64,000 bases of DNA from an uncultured Candidatus Rokubacteria bacterium (lineage in GTDB: Bacteria > Methylomirabilota > Methylomirabilia > Rokubacteriales > CSP1-6): NCBI GenBank assembly GCA_963771355.1, contig CAVYTA010000007.1, positions 282,423-346,422 on the forward strand, given 5' to 3'. The notes below the pieces were generated by a model that was not told the origin of the DNA, did not search any database, and saw only the letters and a list, made by a program, of their open reading frames with translations. Below, piece after piece: positions 25,028 through 36,599 of this stretch. The position numbers were made by a program, and so were the translations under genes. Position 1 is the stretch's first letter. Every line of letters starts with the position of its first letter.

Positions 25028-26754
25028 GCCTGGCCCCCGAACGCCGGGGCTGGATCACGCTGGGCCAGATGCTGGTCCAGGACGGAATCCTGACCGACCA
25101 GCAGGTCTCCGCCGCGCTCGAGCGGCAGCGGAAGAGCAAGGAGCGGCTCGGACAGGTCCTCATCGAGATGCGCCTCATCGACGAGGAGGTCCTCCTCAAG
25201 TATCTCGGCGCCCAGTTCCGCAAGGAGCCGATCACCCGGCAGGAGCTCGCCGCCCTCGACCTGGACGTGGTGAAGCTCATTCCCGAGGAAGTGGCGCGCC
25301 AGCACCGCGTGATCGCCGCCGAGCGCAACGGGCGCCGCCTCATCGTCGCCACCGCCGACCCGCTCAACGTGGTGGCCATCGACGATCTCCGTCGCGCCAC
25401 CGGCCTGGAGATCGACTTCCGTATCGGGCCCGGCAGCGCCATCCAGGAGGCCATCGAGCGCACCTACCGCCGGATGATCTCCACCGAGGGCATCGACGAG
25501 GCGCTCCGCCAGGACCTGGGCCTCTCGGTGGGGCTCGCGGCCGCCGCCGAGGAGGCGGTGGACATCAAGCAGCTCCGCACCCAGGCCGACGACCCGCCGG
25601 TGGTCAAGGTCGTGAACTACGTGCTGGGCCGGGCCGCCAGCGACACCGCCTCCGACATCCACGTGGAGCCCCACGAGGATCGCACGCGCGTCCGCTATCG
25701 CGTCGACGGGCTACTCTTCGATCTCCTGGAGGTCCCGCGCGCGCTGCACCTGGCGGTGGTGTCGCGGCTCAAGATCATCTCCCGGCTCGACATCGCCGAG
25801 CGGCGGCTACCCCAGGACGGCAGCTTCGCCTCCAAGATCCACGGCCGTGAGATCGACTTCCGCGTCTCCACGCTGCCCACCATCTACGGCGAGAAGGTGG
25901 TGCTCCGGCTCCTGGAGAAGGAGGCGGTGGTCCAGCACTACACGCTGGAGAACCTGGGCTTCGAGCCGGACCAGCTCGATTACTTCATGAAAGGCATCCG
26001 GCGGCCGTGGGGCATGGTGCTCCTCACCGGGCCCACCGGCAGCGGCAAGTCCACCACCCTGCACACCGCGATCAAGGCGATCAAGTCCCCCCGCAAGAAC
26101 ATCATCACCGTCGAGGACCCGGTGGAGTACCGGCAGCCGGGCATCCAGCAGGTGCAGGTCAAGACCGACATCGGCTTCGACTTCGCGCGGTCGCTCCGGT
26201 CCATCTTGCGGCAGGACCCCGACATCATCATGATCGGCGAGGTTCGCGACCAGGAGACGGCGCAGATCGCGGTGCGGGCGGCGCTCACCGGCCACCTCGT
26301 GCTCACGACCTTGCACACCAACGACGCGGTCTCCACCGTCACCCGCCTGATCAATATCGGCGTGGAGCCCTTCCTCGTCGCCACCGCGGTCAACGTGGCG
26401 GCGGCGCAGCGGCTGGTCCGGAAGATCTGTGCGGCCTGCAAGGAGGCCTACCGGCCCTCGGCCGAGGAAGCGGCCCTCTTCGGCCGTGACCCGGTCCCCG
26501 AGGTGCTCTACCGCGGGCGGGGCTGCAAGGCCTGCCGCAACATGGGGTTCTCGGGCCGCATGGCGCTCTACGAGGTGTTCTGGCTCAATGCCGCCGTCCG
26601 GCGCATGGTGCTCGACGGCGTCGACGGCGATACCCTTCGCCGCCACGCGATCGAAGGCGGCATGGTGACGCTCCGCCAGGCGGGATTCCGCCGGGCCGTC
26701 CAGGGGCACACGACGATCGAGGAGATCCTGGCCGTCGTGGCGGACCAGGAGTAG
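25024..26754 (+). CDS. pilB: Type IV pilus assembly ATPase PilB/MshE family with N-terminal MshEN (c-di-GMP-binding-type) domain
   Basis: ATG overlaps the previous stop (ATGA). Two MshEN-like 20-mers: TLGQMLVQDGILTDQQVSAAL and RLGQVLIEMRLIDEEVLLKYL. Walker A LLTGPTGSGKSTT. Tetracysteine CAACKEAY...GRGCKACR. 576 aa. Confidence 0.9.
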   Translation: MSLAPERRGWITLGQMLVQDGILTDQQVSAALERQRKSKERLGQVLIEMRLIDEEVLLKYLGAQFRKEPITRQELAALDLDVVKLIPEEVARQHRVIAAERNGRRLIVATADPLNVVAIDDLRRATGLEIDFRIGPGSAIQEAIERTYRRMISTEGIDEALRQDLGLSVGLAAAAEEAVDIKQLRTQADDPPVVKVVNYVLGRAASDTASDIHVEPHEDRTRVRYRVDGLLFDLLEVPRALHLAVVSRLKIISRLDIAERRLPQDGSFASKIHGREIDFRVSTLPTIYGEKVVLRLLEKEAVVQHYTLENLGFEPDQLDYFMKGIRRPWGMVLLTGPTGSGKSTTLHTAIKAIKSPRKNIITVEDPVEYRQPGIQQVQVKTDIGFDFARSLRSILRQDPDIIMIGEVRDQETAQIAVRAALTGHLVLTTLHTNDAVSTVTRLINIGVEPFLVATAVNVAAAQRLVRKICAACKEAYRPSAEEAALFGRDPVPEVLYRGRGCKACRNMGFSGRMALYEVFWLNAAVRRMVLDGVDGDTLRRHAIEGGMVTLRQAGFRRAVQGHTTIEEILAVVADQE

Positions 26755-26758
26755 GGCG

Positions 26759-28021
26759 ATGCCCGTGTTCGAGTACGAGGTGGCGGACAGCGCGGGCGCG
26801 CTCTCGCGCGGCCGCGAGCAGGCGGAGAACGCGGGGGACCTCATCCACCGCTTTCGCGAGCAGGGGCGCTTCGTGCTGGCCATCCGTCCCACCTCCGGAG
26901 AGGGGGCCTTCGGCCGCGCCGCCTCGCTCGCCCTCGGCGAGTCCTTCCGCACCACCCTCCGGCGCCTGTCGAGCGGGGTGGGGCTGCCCACCATCGTCCT
27001 CTTCACCGGACAGCTCGCGGCCATGCTGGGCGGCGGCCTCCACCTCGTGCGCATCCTCACCTCGCTGGCGGCGGAGACCACCAACGAGAAGTTCCGCAAG
27101 GTTCTCGCGGGCGTGCGCGACTCGATCACTTCGGGGTCGAGCTTCGCCGACGCGCTGGCCCTGCACCCGCACATCTTCGACCGCCTCTTCGTCGCGGTGG
27201 TGCGGGCGGGGGAGCTCTCCGGCTCGCTCCCGGTGGTGCTGGACACCCTCACCGTGTACCTCGAAAAAACGGCGAACCTCCGCCGTAAGGTCCGGGGCGC
27301 GATCGCGTATCCGGTGGTGATCCTCACCGTGGCCCTGGGCGTGGTCTTCATCATGGTCGTCAAGATCGTGCCCATCTTCGAGAACGTCTACGCGCGCGCC
27401 AACGCGGTGTTGCCGGCCCCCACGCGAACGCTCATCTGGGTGAGCGGCCTCGTCCGCGAGTACACGCTCCTGGTGTTCCTGGCCATCGTCCTCGGCCTCG
27501 TCGGCTTCTACTTCGCGCTGCAGACGGACGCGGGCCGCCGCCTCTTCGACCGCGGCAAGCTCTCGGTGCCGATGTTCGGGGGGCTCGTCCGCAAGGCCAT
27601 CATGGCGCGGGTGTGCCGCACGCTCGGCGTGCTGCTCAACAGCGGCATCCCGCTCATCGAGGCCATGGAGACGGTATCCAAGGTGGCGGGCAACCGCATC
27701 ATCGAGAACGCCCTCGTCACCGCCACGCAGCGGATGCGCGACGGCGGGACCATCGCCGCCACCCTGCGCGAGACCGGCCAGTTCCCGAGCATGGTCGTCC
27801 AGCTCGTGGCCACCGGCGAGGAGAGCGGCACGCTGCCGGCCATGCTCGGCAAGGCGGCGCTCTACTACGAGCAGCAGGTGGACAATGCGGTGGCCACGCT
27901 TTCCACCCTCATCGAGCCGGTGATGATCGTCGTGATGGGCGCCATCGCGGGCAGCATCATCTTCGCCCTGTACCTGCCCATCTTCACCCTCGGCCAGGCC
28001 CTCCGGGGCGGGGTGAGGTAG
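26759..28021 (+). CDS. pilC: Type IV pilus inner-membrane platform protein PilC (two T2SS-F domains)
   Basis: 420 aa. The platform-protein family pattern is duplicated (...FTGQLAAMLGGGL... and ...TLGVLLNSGIPL...). Position immediately follows pilB. Confidence 0.85.
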   Translation: MPVFEYEVADSAGALSRGREQAENAGDLIHRFREQGRFVLAIRPTSGEGAFGRAASLALGESFRTTLRRLSSGVGLPTIVLFTGQLAAMLGGGLHLVRILTSLAAETTNEKFRKVLAGVRDSITSGSSFADALALHPHIFDRLFVAVVRAGELSGSLPVVLDTLTVYLEKTANLRRKVRGAIAYPVVILTVALGVVFIMVVKIVPIFENVYARANAVLPAPTRTLIWVSGLVREYTLLVFLAIVLGLVGFYFALQTDAGRRLFDRGKLSVPMFGGLVRKAIMARVCRTLGVLLNSGIPLIEAMETVSKVAGNRIIENALVTATQRMRDGGTIAATLRETGQFPSMVVQLVATGEESGTLPAMLGKAALYYEQQVDNAVATLSTLIEPVMIVVMGAIAGSIIFALYLPIFTLGQALRGGVR

Positions 28022-28028
28022 GGAGGGC

Positions 28029-29489
28029 ATGGCGGCCTTCGATCCGTTCCGGCCGATGCGCGGCAGCTCGGCGCGGCTCTACGTCGTGATGCCGCTGCTC
28101 ATGGCGGCGGCGGCGGCCGCGTCCGGTCTCTACGTGCTCTTCCTGGCGCGCCCGTTCATCAACAGCCTCAACGCCCAGCTCGCCGAGCGCGCGGCGGCGT
28201 GGCTCTTCTTCGGCACCGCGGCGGCGGGCAGCCTGGGCGCGCTGGCCGGCCTCGTCATCGGGCTCCGGGTGGCCGGGCGCATCCGCGGCATCACCCAGCG
28301 CGCGGAGGCGCTCACCGCCCGCGTGGACGACGGACCGGTCCCGTCCCGGCCCGCCGACGAGATCGGCGCTCTGGATGCCGCCGTCGGCCGGCTCACGCTC
28401 TCCATGGACCGCTTCATCCGCGACAGCGATATCCTCGCCCGGCTTCCCGAAGGCATGCTCCTCATGGGGCCGGGCGGCGACCTCCTCTCGTTCAACACCA
28501 CCGCGGAGGTCGTTCTGGAATCCGCGCTGGAGCCGTTCCGCGGGGCTCCGCTGCTGTCCCCGCGCGGCCTCTTTCCGGTGGCGAACGGCAACGGCCAGCT
28601 CGCGCGCCTCCTCGACGACGCGCTGCTCGAGGAGCGCTCGCTGCACGTGGGCGAGGTGCACGTGTCGCCGGCCTCGGGCCGGGAGTTCGTGCTCGAGGTG
28701 ACGGTGCAGCACCGCGAGTGGCGCCGCGACTCCACCGCGCTGATTCTTCTCTTTCGCGACGCCTCCGAGAAGCGGCGCATCCGCGAGGAGATCCGCCGCG
28801 CGGACCAGCTCGCCTTCCTCGGCGGCATGGCCGCTCGGGTGGCGCACGAGATCCGGACCCCCATGGCCACCGTGCGGGGGCTGGTGGAGCTGCTCCAGTC
28901 GGACCTCCCCCAGGGGGACAGCACTCGCCGGGAGTACATCGACCGGGTGCTGCAGGCGGTGGACCGGCAGGATCGGCTCGTGGAAGACATGCTGACCCTG
29001 TCCCATCCCGAGCCCGAGAGCCTGGCGCCGGTGAACCTGCGTGAGCTGGTGGACGAGATCGTCCGCGACATGCCGAAGGACCCGCGCCTGCGCGTGCAGG
29101 GCCCGGCCGCGAGCGCGATCCCCGCCATCCCCGGCGACGCCTTCCGACTGCACGAGGTGTTCAACAACCTCATCCGGAACGCGGTGGAGGCCACGCCGCC
29201 CAGCGGCGTGGTGGACGTGCGGGTGGAGGCGCCCGGGCGCGGGCTGGTGCGGGTCGTGGTCCGGAACACCGGCGGCGGCGTCCCCGTGGAGCTCCGGGAG
29301 CGGATCTTCCAGCCCTTCTTCACCACCAAGGTCAAGGGCACCGGGCTGGGGCTGGCCATCGCCAAGCACATCGTGGACGCGCACCGCGGCACCCTCCGCG
29401 TGGAGAGCGACGGCAGCACCGAGACGCTCTTCGTGGTGGAGCTGCCGACAACGCAGCCCGCTTCCCCGTCGTCCGTAGTAAAGTCATGA
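28029..29489 (+). CDS. Sensor histidine kinase (2 TM, PAS-like, HisKA, HATPase); PilS-like by context
   Basis: H-box ARVAHEIRTPMATVRGLVELL. N-box IRNAVEAT. G-boxes GGGVPVELRERIFQPF and GTGLGLAIAKHIV. Confidence 0.8.
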   Translation: MAAFDPFRPMRGSSARLYVVMPLLMAAAAAASGLYVLFLARPFINSLNAQLAERAAAWLFFGTAAAGSLGALAGLVIGLRVAGRIRGITQRAEALTARVDDGPVPSRPADEIGALDAAVGRLTLSMDRFIRDSDILARLPEGMLLMGPGGDLLSFNTTAEVVLESALEPFRGAPLLSPRGLFPVANGNGQLARLLDDALLEERSLHVGEVHVSPASGREFVLEVTVQHREWRRDSTALILLFRDASEKRRIREEIRRADQLAFLGGMAARVAHEIRTPMATVRGLVELLQSDLPQGDSTRREYIDRVLQAVDRQDRLVEDMLTLSHPEPESLAPVNLRELVDEIVRDMPKDPRLRVQGPAASAIPAIPGDAFRLHEVFNNLIRNAVEATPPSGVVDVRVEAPGRGLVRVVVRNTGGGVPVELRERIFQPFFTTKVKGTGLGLAIAKHIVDAHRGTLRVESDGSTETLFVVELPTTQPASPSSVVKS

Positions 29490-29516
29490 TCGGGCTCGAA
29501 AGAAAGGTGAGGTCCC

Positions 29517-30890
<1,374 letters not shown>

Positions 30891-30917
30891 GCGGACCCGT
30901 TGGCCCAAGTCCCCCCC

Positions 30918-31781
30918 ATGACCGTCCGTAAAGCCGTCTTTCCCGCCGCCGGGCTCGGCACCCGGTTCCTCCCCGCCACCAAGGCGCAGCCGAAGGAGAT
31001 GCTGCCCCTGGTGGACAAGCCCACCATCCAGTACGTGGTGGAGGAGGCGGTGGCGTCGGGGCTCAACGAGCTGGTGCTGGTCACCGGCCGCAACAAGCGC
31101 GCCATCGAGGACCACTTCGACGCCGCCTTCGAGCTCGAGTACTACCTGCAGGACCGCGGCAAGACCGAGGAGCTCGCCCAGATCAAGACCATCTCGGAGC
31201 TGGCCACCGTCTCCTACGTCCGCCAGAAGGAGCCCCTCGGGCTCGGGCACGCCATCCTCTGCGCGCGCACCCTGGTGGGCGACGAGCCGTTCGGAGTCTT
31301 CCTCGGCGACGACATCATCGTGTCCCGCACCCCGTGCATGCGCCAGCTCCTGGACGTCTACGCGCGCTACCAGGGCCCCGTGGTCGCGGTCATGCGCATC
31401 CCGGGGCCGGACATCGGCCGCTACGGGGTGATCGTGCCCAAGCCCCTCGGCGGCAATGTCTACGAGGTGCTCGACATGGTGGAGAAGCCCGCGCCCGCGG
31501 ACGCGCCGTCGGACCTGGCCATCATCGGACGCTATGTCCTCACGCCGGATCTCTTTCCCATCCTTGCCGAGACGCCGCCGGACTCGCGGGGCGAGGTCCA
31601 GCTCACCAACGGCCTCCGCACCCTGCAGCAGCGGCGCCCCATCTACGCGGTGGAATTCGAGGGGACCCGCTACGACACCGGCGACAAGCTCGGCTTCCTC
31701 AAGGCCACCGTGGCCTTCGCCCTGGCGCGGCCCGATCTCGCCGACGATTTCCGGGCCTACCTCAAGGGCCTGGGCTTGTAG
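30918..31781 (+). CDS. galU: UTP--glucose-1-phosphate uridylyltransferase
   Basis: VRKAVFPAAGLGTRFLPATKAQPKEMLPLVDKPTIQYVVEEA is the canonical GalU N-terminus. Start placed at the internal ATG 30918; the ORF's first start is TTG 30900. Confidence 0.85.
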   Translation: MTVRKAVFPAAGLGTRFLPATKAQPKEMLPLVDKPTIQYVVEEAVASGLNELVLVTGRNKRAIEDHFDAAFELEYYLQDRGKTEELAQIKTISELATVSYVRQKEPLGLGHAILCARTLVGDEPFGVFLGDDIIVSRTPCMRQLLDVYARYQGPVVAVMRIPGPDIGRYGVIVPKPLGGNVYEVLDMVEKPAPADAPSDLAIIGRYVLTPDLFPILAETPPDSRGEVQLTNGLRTLQQRRPIYAVEFEGTRYDTGDKLGFLKATVAFALARPDLADDFRAYLKGLGL

Positions 31782-31912
31782 GGACGAGGAAGTGCTTAGA
31801 TGACGCGGAGTTCGCGCTCAATTCACCGGCCGGGTGGTTTGACTTCCCCCGGGCTTTCTGGGAAAATTCGCGCATCCGGAAGGGGTCCGGCCGGGCCGGC
31901 CTCCTGAATCCA

Positions 31913-33130
31913 ATGGCAAATCATCCCAAGCGGGCCTTCCACATCGCCTCCGAGCCCGACATCAAGTCGGGGGAGGTGTCGGACGTCTACTTCGCCCGCA
32001 CCGTCGAGATCCTCCGCGCCAAGGGCATCAACAAGCGGGTCAAGGCCGAGATTCGCCTCAAGAGCTTCCCCCAGGCCGACTGGTCCTTCGGCATCCTCGC
32101 CGGCATCGAGGAGGCGGCAATGCTCCTCGAGGGCATCCCCATCAACGTGTGGACCATGGACGAGGGCACCATCTTCGCGCCGTACGAGCCGGTGGTGGTG
32201 GTGGAGGGGAACTACCTCGACTGGGCCGTGTACGAGACCGCCCTCCTGGGCTTTCTCTGCCAGGCCTCCGGCATCGCCACCAAGGCGGCGCGCTGCAAGC
32301 GCGCGGCGGGGGAGCGGCAGGTGATCTCCTTCGGGGCGCGTCGCATGCATCCGGCGCTGGCGCCCATGATCGAGCGCAACGCCTTCATCGGCGGCTGCGA
32401 CGGGGTGGCGGTGACCAAGGCCGCCGAGCTCATCGAGGCCGATCCCATGGGAACCATTCCCCATGCCCTCGTGCTCATGTTCGGCGACACGGTGGAGGCG
32501 CTGCGCGCCTTCCACGAGGTGGTGGATCCCAAGGTGCGGCGCGTGGCCCTCATCGACACGCTGCAGGACGAGAAGTTCGAGGCCATCCGGGTGGCGGAGG
32601 CGCTGGGCAAGGATCTCTACGCGGTCCGGCTGGACACGCCGTCCTCCCGGCGCGGCGACTTCTTCCGCATCCTGGAGGAGGTGCGGTGGGAGCTGGACTT
32701 CCGCGGCTTCGAGCACGTCAAGATCCTCGCCTCGGGCGGTATCGACGAGTACGAGATCCTCAAGCTCAATTCCCTCGTGGACGGCTATGGTGTGGGGACC
32801 TCGATCGCCAACGCGCCGGTGCTGTCCTTCGCGCTGGACATCATGGAGATCGAGGGCCGGCCGATGGCCAAGCGCGGCAAGCAATCCGGCGCCAAGCAGG
32901 TGTGGCGCGTGCCCGGCACCGTGCAGAACCTGGTCCTGCCCGCGCACAAGCCGGCGCCCCGGGGTCCGGATGGCCGGTCCGCCGAGGCCCTCCTCAAGCC
33001 CCTCCTCACCGGCGGCCGCCTCGTCCGCGACCTCCCGCCCCCGCGCACGATCCGGGACTACGTGCTGGAGCAGATGGCGAAGATCGACATCGGCGCCTCC
33101 CGGGAGCGCGGCCTGCGCGGGGACTACTGA
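31913..33130 (+). CDS. Nicotinate (or nicotinamide) phosphoribosyltransferase family protein (type II PRTase)
   Basis: 405 aa from ATG 31913. The family assignment rests on overall similarity I recall to archaeal/Thermus-type NAPRTases (segments such as FGARRMHPALAP and GGCDGVAVTKAAE). Moderate confidence. Confidence 0.55.
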   Translation: MANHPKRAFHIASEPDIKSGEVSDVYFARTVEILRAKGINKRVKAEIRLKSFPQADWSFGILAGIEEAAMLLEGIPINVWTMDEGTIFAPYEPVVVVEGNYLDWAVYETALLGFLCQASGIATKAARCKRAAGERQVISFGARRMHPALAPMIERNAFIGGCDGVAVTKAAELIEADPMGTIPHALVLMFGDTVEALRAFHEVVDPKVRRVALIDTLQDEKFEAIRVAEALGKDLYAVRLDTPSSRRGDFFRILEEVRWELDFRGFEHVKILASGGIDEYEILKLNSLVDGYGVGTSIANAPVLSFALDIMEIEGRPMAKRGKQSGAKQVWRVPGTVQNLVLPAHKPAPRGPDGRSAEALLKPLLTGGRLVRDLPPPRTIRDYVLEQMAKIDIGASRERGLRGDY

Positions 33131-33147
33131 GGGCCGGGCCCCACGCC

Positions 33148-33933
33148 ATGGGCGTGCTCGATGAGATCGTCGCCCACAAGCGTGAGGAGGTCGCGGCCCG
33201 CCGGGTCGCCCGCCCGCGCCGCGCCCTCGAGGCGGCGTGCCGGGAGCTCGCTCCCGCGCGCGATTTCGCGGAGGCGCTGGCGCCGGGCGGGGGCCGCCGC
33301 GTCCGCCTCATCGCCGAGGTGAAGAAGGCCTCGCCGTCCAAGGGCGTGCTCGACGCCGCCCTCGATCCCGCGGCCCAGGCGCGGACCTATGCCGACGCCG
33401 GCGCCGACGCGGTGTCCGTGCTCACCGATGCCCGCTGGTTCAAGGGCAGCCTCGACGACCTGGTGGCGGCGCGCGCGGCGGTGCCGGTCCCGGTGCTCCG
33501 GAAGGACTTCACGGTGGACGAGTATCAGCTCTGGGAGGCCCGCGCGGCGGGGGCCGATGCGGCGCTGCTCATCGTGGCCGCGCTCGACCGCGAGACCCTT
33601 CGCGATCTGCACTCGGCGGCCAAGGGCATCGGGCTGCACACGCTGGTGGAGGCGCATACCGCCGCGGAGCTGGAGGAGGCGCTGGCGCTGGGCGCGCGGG
33701 TGGTGGGCGTGAACAACCGCGACCTCCAATCGCTCCAGACGGACCTCGCCACCGCGCTCCGGCTCCTGCCCCTGGTGCCGCCGGGGCACGTGGCGGTGGC
33801 GGAGAGCGGCATCTTCACCCGCGACGACGTCGCGCGCATGGTCGGCGCGGGGGCGCACGCCGTGCTGGTGGGCGAGGCGCTGGTGCGCGCCGGCGACGTG
33901 GCCGCGAAGGTCCGCGAGCTCACGCTCGCGTGA
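33148..33933 (+). CDS. trpC: Indole-3-glycerol phosphate synthase
   Basis: LIAEVKKASPSKG, VLTDARWFKGSLDDL, LRKDFTVDEYQLWEARAAGADAALLIVAAL and VNNRDLQS are all canonical TrpC blocks. Confidence 0.85.
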   Translation: MGVLDEIVAHKREEVAARRVARPRRALEAACRELAPARDFAEALAPGGGRRVRLIAEVKKASPSKGVLDAALDPAAQARTYADAGADAVSVLTDARWFKGSLDDLVAARAAVPVPVLRKDFTVDEYQLWEARAAGADAALLIVAALDRETLRDLHSAAKGIGLHTLVEAHTAAELEEALALGARVVGVNNRDLQSLQTDLATALRLLPLVPPGHVAVAESGIFTRDDVARMVGAGAHAVLVGEALVRAGDVAAKVRELTLA

Positions 33934-33944
33934 GGGCCGTCAGC

Positions 33945-34562
33945 ATGGTGCGGGTCAAAATCTGCGGGATCACGCGGGTCGAGGACGCCCGGCTCTGCGT
34001 GGAGGCGGGTGTCCACGCGCTGGGCTTCATCTTCGTCGAGAAGACGCCTCGCTTCGTCACCGCCGCCCAGGCTCGGGCCATCATTGCCACGCTCCCGCCC
34101 TTCGTGACCCCGGTGGGCATCTTCTGGGACCATGCCCCGGGCCACGTGAAGGCCGTCGCCGAGGAGTGCGGGCTGGCCGCGCTACAGTTCCACGGTGACG
34201 AAGCGCCGGAGGATCTCGCGCAGTACCGGCTGCCCGTGATCAAGACGGTCAAGGTGGACGGGCCCATTGCCCCCGAGCGCCTCGCGCGCTACCAGGTCGC
34301 CGCCTTCTTGCTCGACTCGCCCACGCGCTGGAGCGAGGGCGAGGCCCGGGTGCCCATCTCGTGGGAGGTGGCGCGGGATGCCGCCGCCGCCGGGCACCGC
34401 ATCGTGCTGTCGGCCGGTCTCACCCCGGACAACGTGGCCGCGGCGATCCGCGTGGCACGCCCCTACGCGGTGGACGTGAACTCCGGCGTCGAGGCGCGGC
34501 CGGGGGCGAAGGATCCCGACAAGGTGCGCCGCTTCATCGCCGCGGCGCGGGACGCGGGATGA
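33945..34562 (+). CDS. trpF: N-(5-prime-phosphoribosyl)anthranilate isomerase
   Basis: [15 protein letters not shown]...[17 protein letters not shown] at the N-terminus and AVDVNSGVE near the C-terminus. 205 aa. Confidence 0.8.
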   Translation: MVRVKICGITRVEDARLCVEAGVHALGFIFVEKTPRFVTAAQARAIIATLPPFVTPVGIFWDHAPGHVKAVAEECGLAALQFHGDEAPEDLAQYRLPVIKTVKVDGPIAPERLARYQVAAFLLDSPTRWSEGEARVPISWEVARDAAAAGHRIVLSAGLTPDNVAAAIRVARPYAVDVNSGVEARPGAKDPDKVRRFIAAARDAG

Positions 34563-35785
34563 CGGCGCGCGCCGTGGACCCCGCCGCGCTTCCCGACGCC
34601 GACGGCCACTTCGGCCGCTTCGGCGGGCGCTTCGTCCCCGAGACGCTCATGGCGCCCCTCATCGAGCTGGAGCGCGCCTTCCGCGCCGCGCGCAAGGACC
34701 CCCGCTTCCGGCGCCGCCTGGGCGACCTCCTCCGGCACTACGCGGGCCGGCCCACCCCGCTCTACTTCGCCGAGCGCCTCACCCGGCACTGTGGCGGCGC
34801 GCGCATCTACCTCAAGAGAGAAGACCTCTGCCACACCGGGGCCCACAAGATCAACAATGTCCTGGGCCAGGCGCTCCTCGCCCAGCGCATGGGCAAGCAG
34901 CGCATCATCGCCGAGACCGGTGCCGGCCAGCACGGGGTGGCCTCGGCCACCGCCGCCGCGCTCCTCGGGCTGGACTGCGAGGTGTACATGGGGACCGTGG
35001 ACGTCGAGCGCCAGGCGCTCAACGTCTTCCGCATGCGGCTCCTCGGCGCCAAGGTCATTCCCGTGGAGAGCGGCTCCCGGACGCTGAAGGACGCCGTCAA
35101 CGAGGCCCTCCGCGACTGGGTCACCAATGTCCGCACGACCTATTACCTGCTCGGCTCGGTGATGGGACCGCATCCCTACCCCATGATGGTGCGCGATTTC
35201 CACCGCGTGATCGGCGAGGAGACGCGCGTCCAGGTGCGCCGGCAGGCGGGACGGCTGCCCGATCTGCTGGTGGCCTGCGTGGGCGGCGGCTCCAATGCCA
35301 TCGGGCTCTTCTGGCCCTTCATCAAGGACCGGCGCGTGCGCGTGGTGGGAGTGGAGCCCGGCGGCCACGGGCTCAAGAGCGGCAAGCATGGCGCGTCCAT
35401 CACCGCGGGGGCGGTGGGCGTGCTCCACGGGAGCATGTCCTATCTGCTCCAGAACGACGACGGGCAGGTGACGGAGGCGCACTCGATCTCGGCCGGCCTC
35501 GACTATCCCGGCGTGGGTCCCGAGCACGCGTACTACAAGGACGCGGGGCGCTTCGAGTACGAGTCGTGCACCGATGACGAAGCCCTGGAGGCGTTCCAGA
35601 TTCTCACGCGGCTCGAGGGGCTCATGCCCGCGCTGGAGTCGGCGCACGCCATCGCGTACGCGATGCGGGCGGCGCGCGGGATGAAGAAGAGCGAGATCGT
35701 GGTGGTGGGGCTGTCGGGGCGCGGCGACAAGGACGTCCACACCGTCGGCCAGGTGCTGGACGGGCGAGGAAACGGGCACCCATGA
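34559..35785 (+). CDS. trpB: Tryptophan synthase beta chain
   Basis: ATGA overlap with trp[30 protein letters not shown] (PLP lysine) and GGGSNAIG. Confidence 0.9.
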   Translation: MTARAVDPAALPDADGHFGRFGGRFVPETLMAPLIELERAFRAARKDPRFRRRLGDLLRHYAGRPTPLYFAERLTRHCGGARIYLKREDLCHTGAHKINNVLGQALLAQRMGKQRIIAETGAGQHGVASATAAALLGLDCEVYMGTVDVERQALNVFRMRLLGAKVIPVESGSRTLKDAVNEALRDWVTNVRTTYYLLGSVMGPHPYPMMVRDFHRVIGEETRVQVRRQAGRLPDLLVACVGGGSNAIGLFWPFIKDRRVRVVGVEPGGHGLKSGKHGASITAGAVGVLHGSMSYLLQNDDGQVTEAHSISAGLDYPGVGPEHAYYKDAGRFEYESCTDDEALEAFQILTRLEGLMPALESAHAIAYAMRAARGMKKSEIVVVGLSGRGDKDVHTVGQVLDGRGNGHP

Positions 35786-36594
35786 GCCGCCTGGACGACA
35801 CCTTCGCCGCCCTGCGCGCGCGCGGTGAGCGCGCCCTCGTCCCGTACTTCACCGCGGGCGATCCGTCGCTGGCCGTCAGCGCGCGACTCATCGTCGAGGC
35901 GGCGCGCCAGGGTGCCGACGTCATCGAGCTGGGCGTGCCGTTCTCGGACCCGGTCGCGGACGGGCCGGTGATCCAGCGGGGTACCCAGCGCGCGCTCGCC
36001 GCCGGCTCCACGCTCCCGCGCGTGCTCGAGATGGTCCGTGATCTCCGCGGCGAGGTCGCGGTCCCCATCGTCTTCTTCACCTACTACAATCCCATCCTTG
36101 CCTTCGGCCTCAAGGCGTTCTGCCGGACCGCGGCGGAGGCCGGCGTCGCCGGCGTGTTCGTGGTCGACCTGCCCCCCGAGGAAGCGGGGCCGCTCCACGC
36201 CGAGGCCGATCCGCTGGGCTTCGATCTCATGCACTTCGTGGCCCCCACCACCCCGCCCGCGCGGATGCGGAAGATCGCCCAGGCCACCCGCGGCTTCATC
36301 TACCTCGTCTCGCTCACCGGGGTCACCGGCGTCCGCTCCGCCCTGCCGCCCGACCTGGTGGCGCTGCTCCGCACCCTGCGCGGCGTGACCACCAAGCCGG
36401 TCTGCGTGGGCTTCGGGATCGCGACGCCCGAGCAGGCGGAGATGGTGGGGCGCGTCGCGGACGGCGTGATCGTGGGCTCCGCCATCGTCCACCTCGTCGA
36501 GCGCCATGCCGGGTCCGCCGAGCTCGTGCCCGAGGTCGGTCGCTTCATCGCCTCCCTCAAGGCCCCGCTGCGGGCCCTCGGCGGCGGACGGTAG
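35782..36594 (+). CDS. trpA: Tryptophan synthase alpha chain
   Basis: ATGA overlap with trp[29 protein letters not shown] and GFGIATPEQ. Confidence 0.9.
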   Translation: MSRLDDTFAALRARGERALVPYFTAGDPSLAVSARLIVEAARQGADVIELGVPFSDPVADGPVIQRGTQRALAAGSTLPRVLEMVRDLRGEVAVPIVFFTYYNPILAFGLKAFCRTAAEAGVAGVFVVDLPPEEAGPLHAEADPLGFDLMHFVAPTTPPARMRKIAQATRGFIYLVSLTGVTGVRSALPPDLVALLRTLRGVTTKPVCVGFGIATPEQAEMVGRVADGVIVGSAIVHLVERHAGSAELVPEVGRFIASLKAPLRALGGGR

Positions 36595-36599
36595 CCGCC

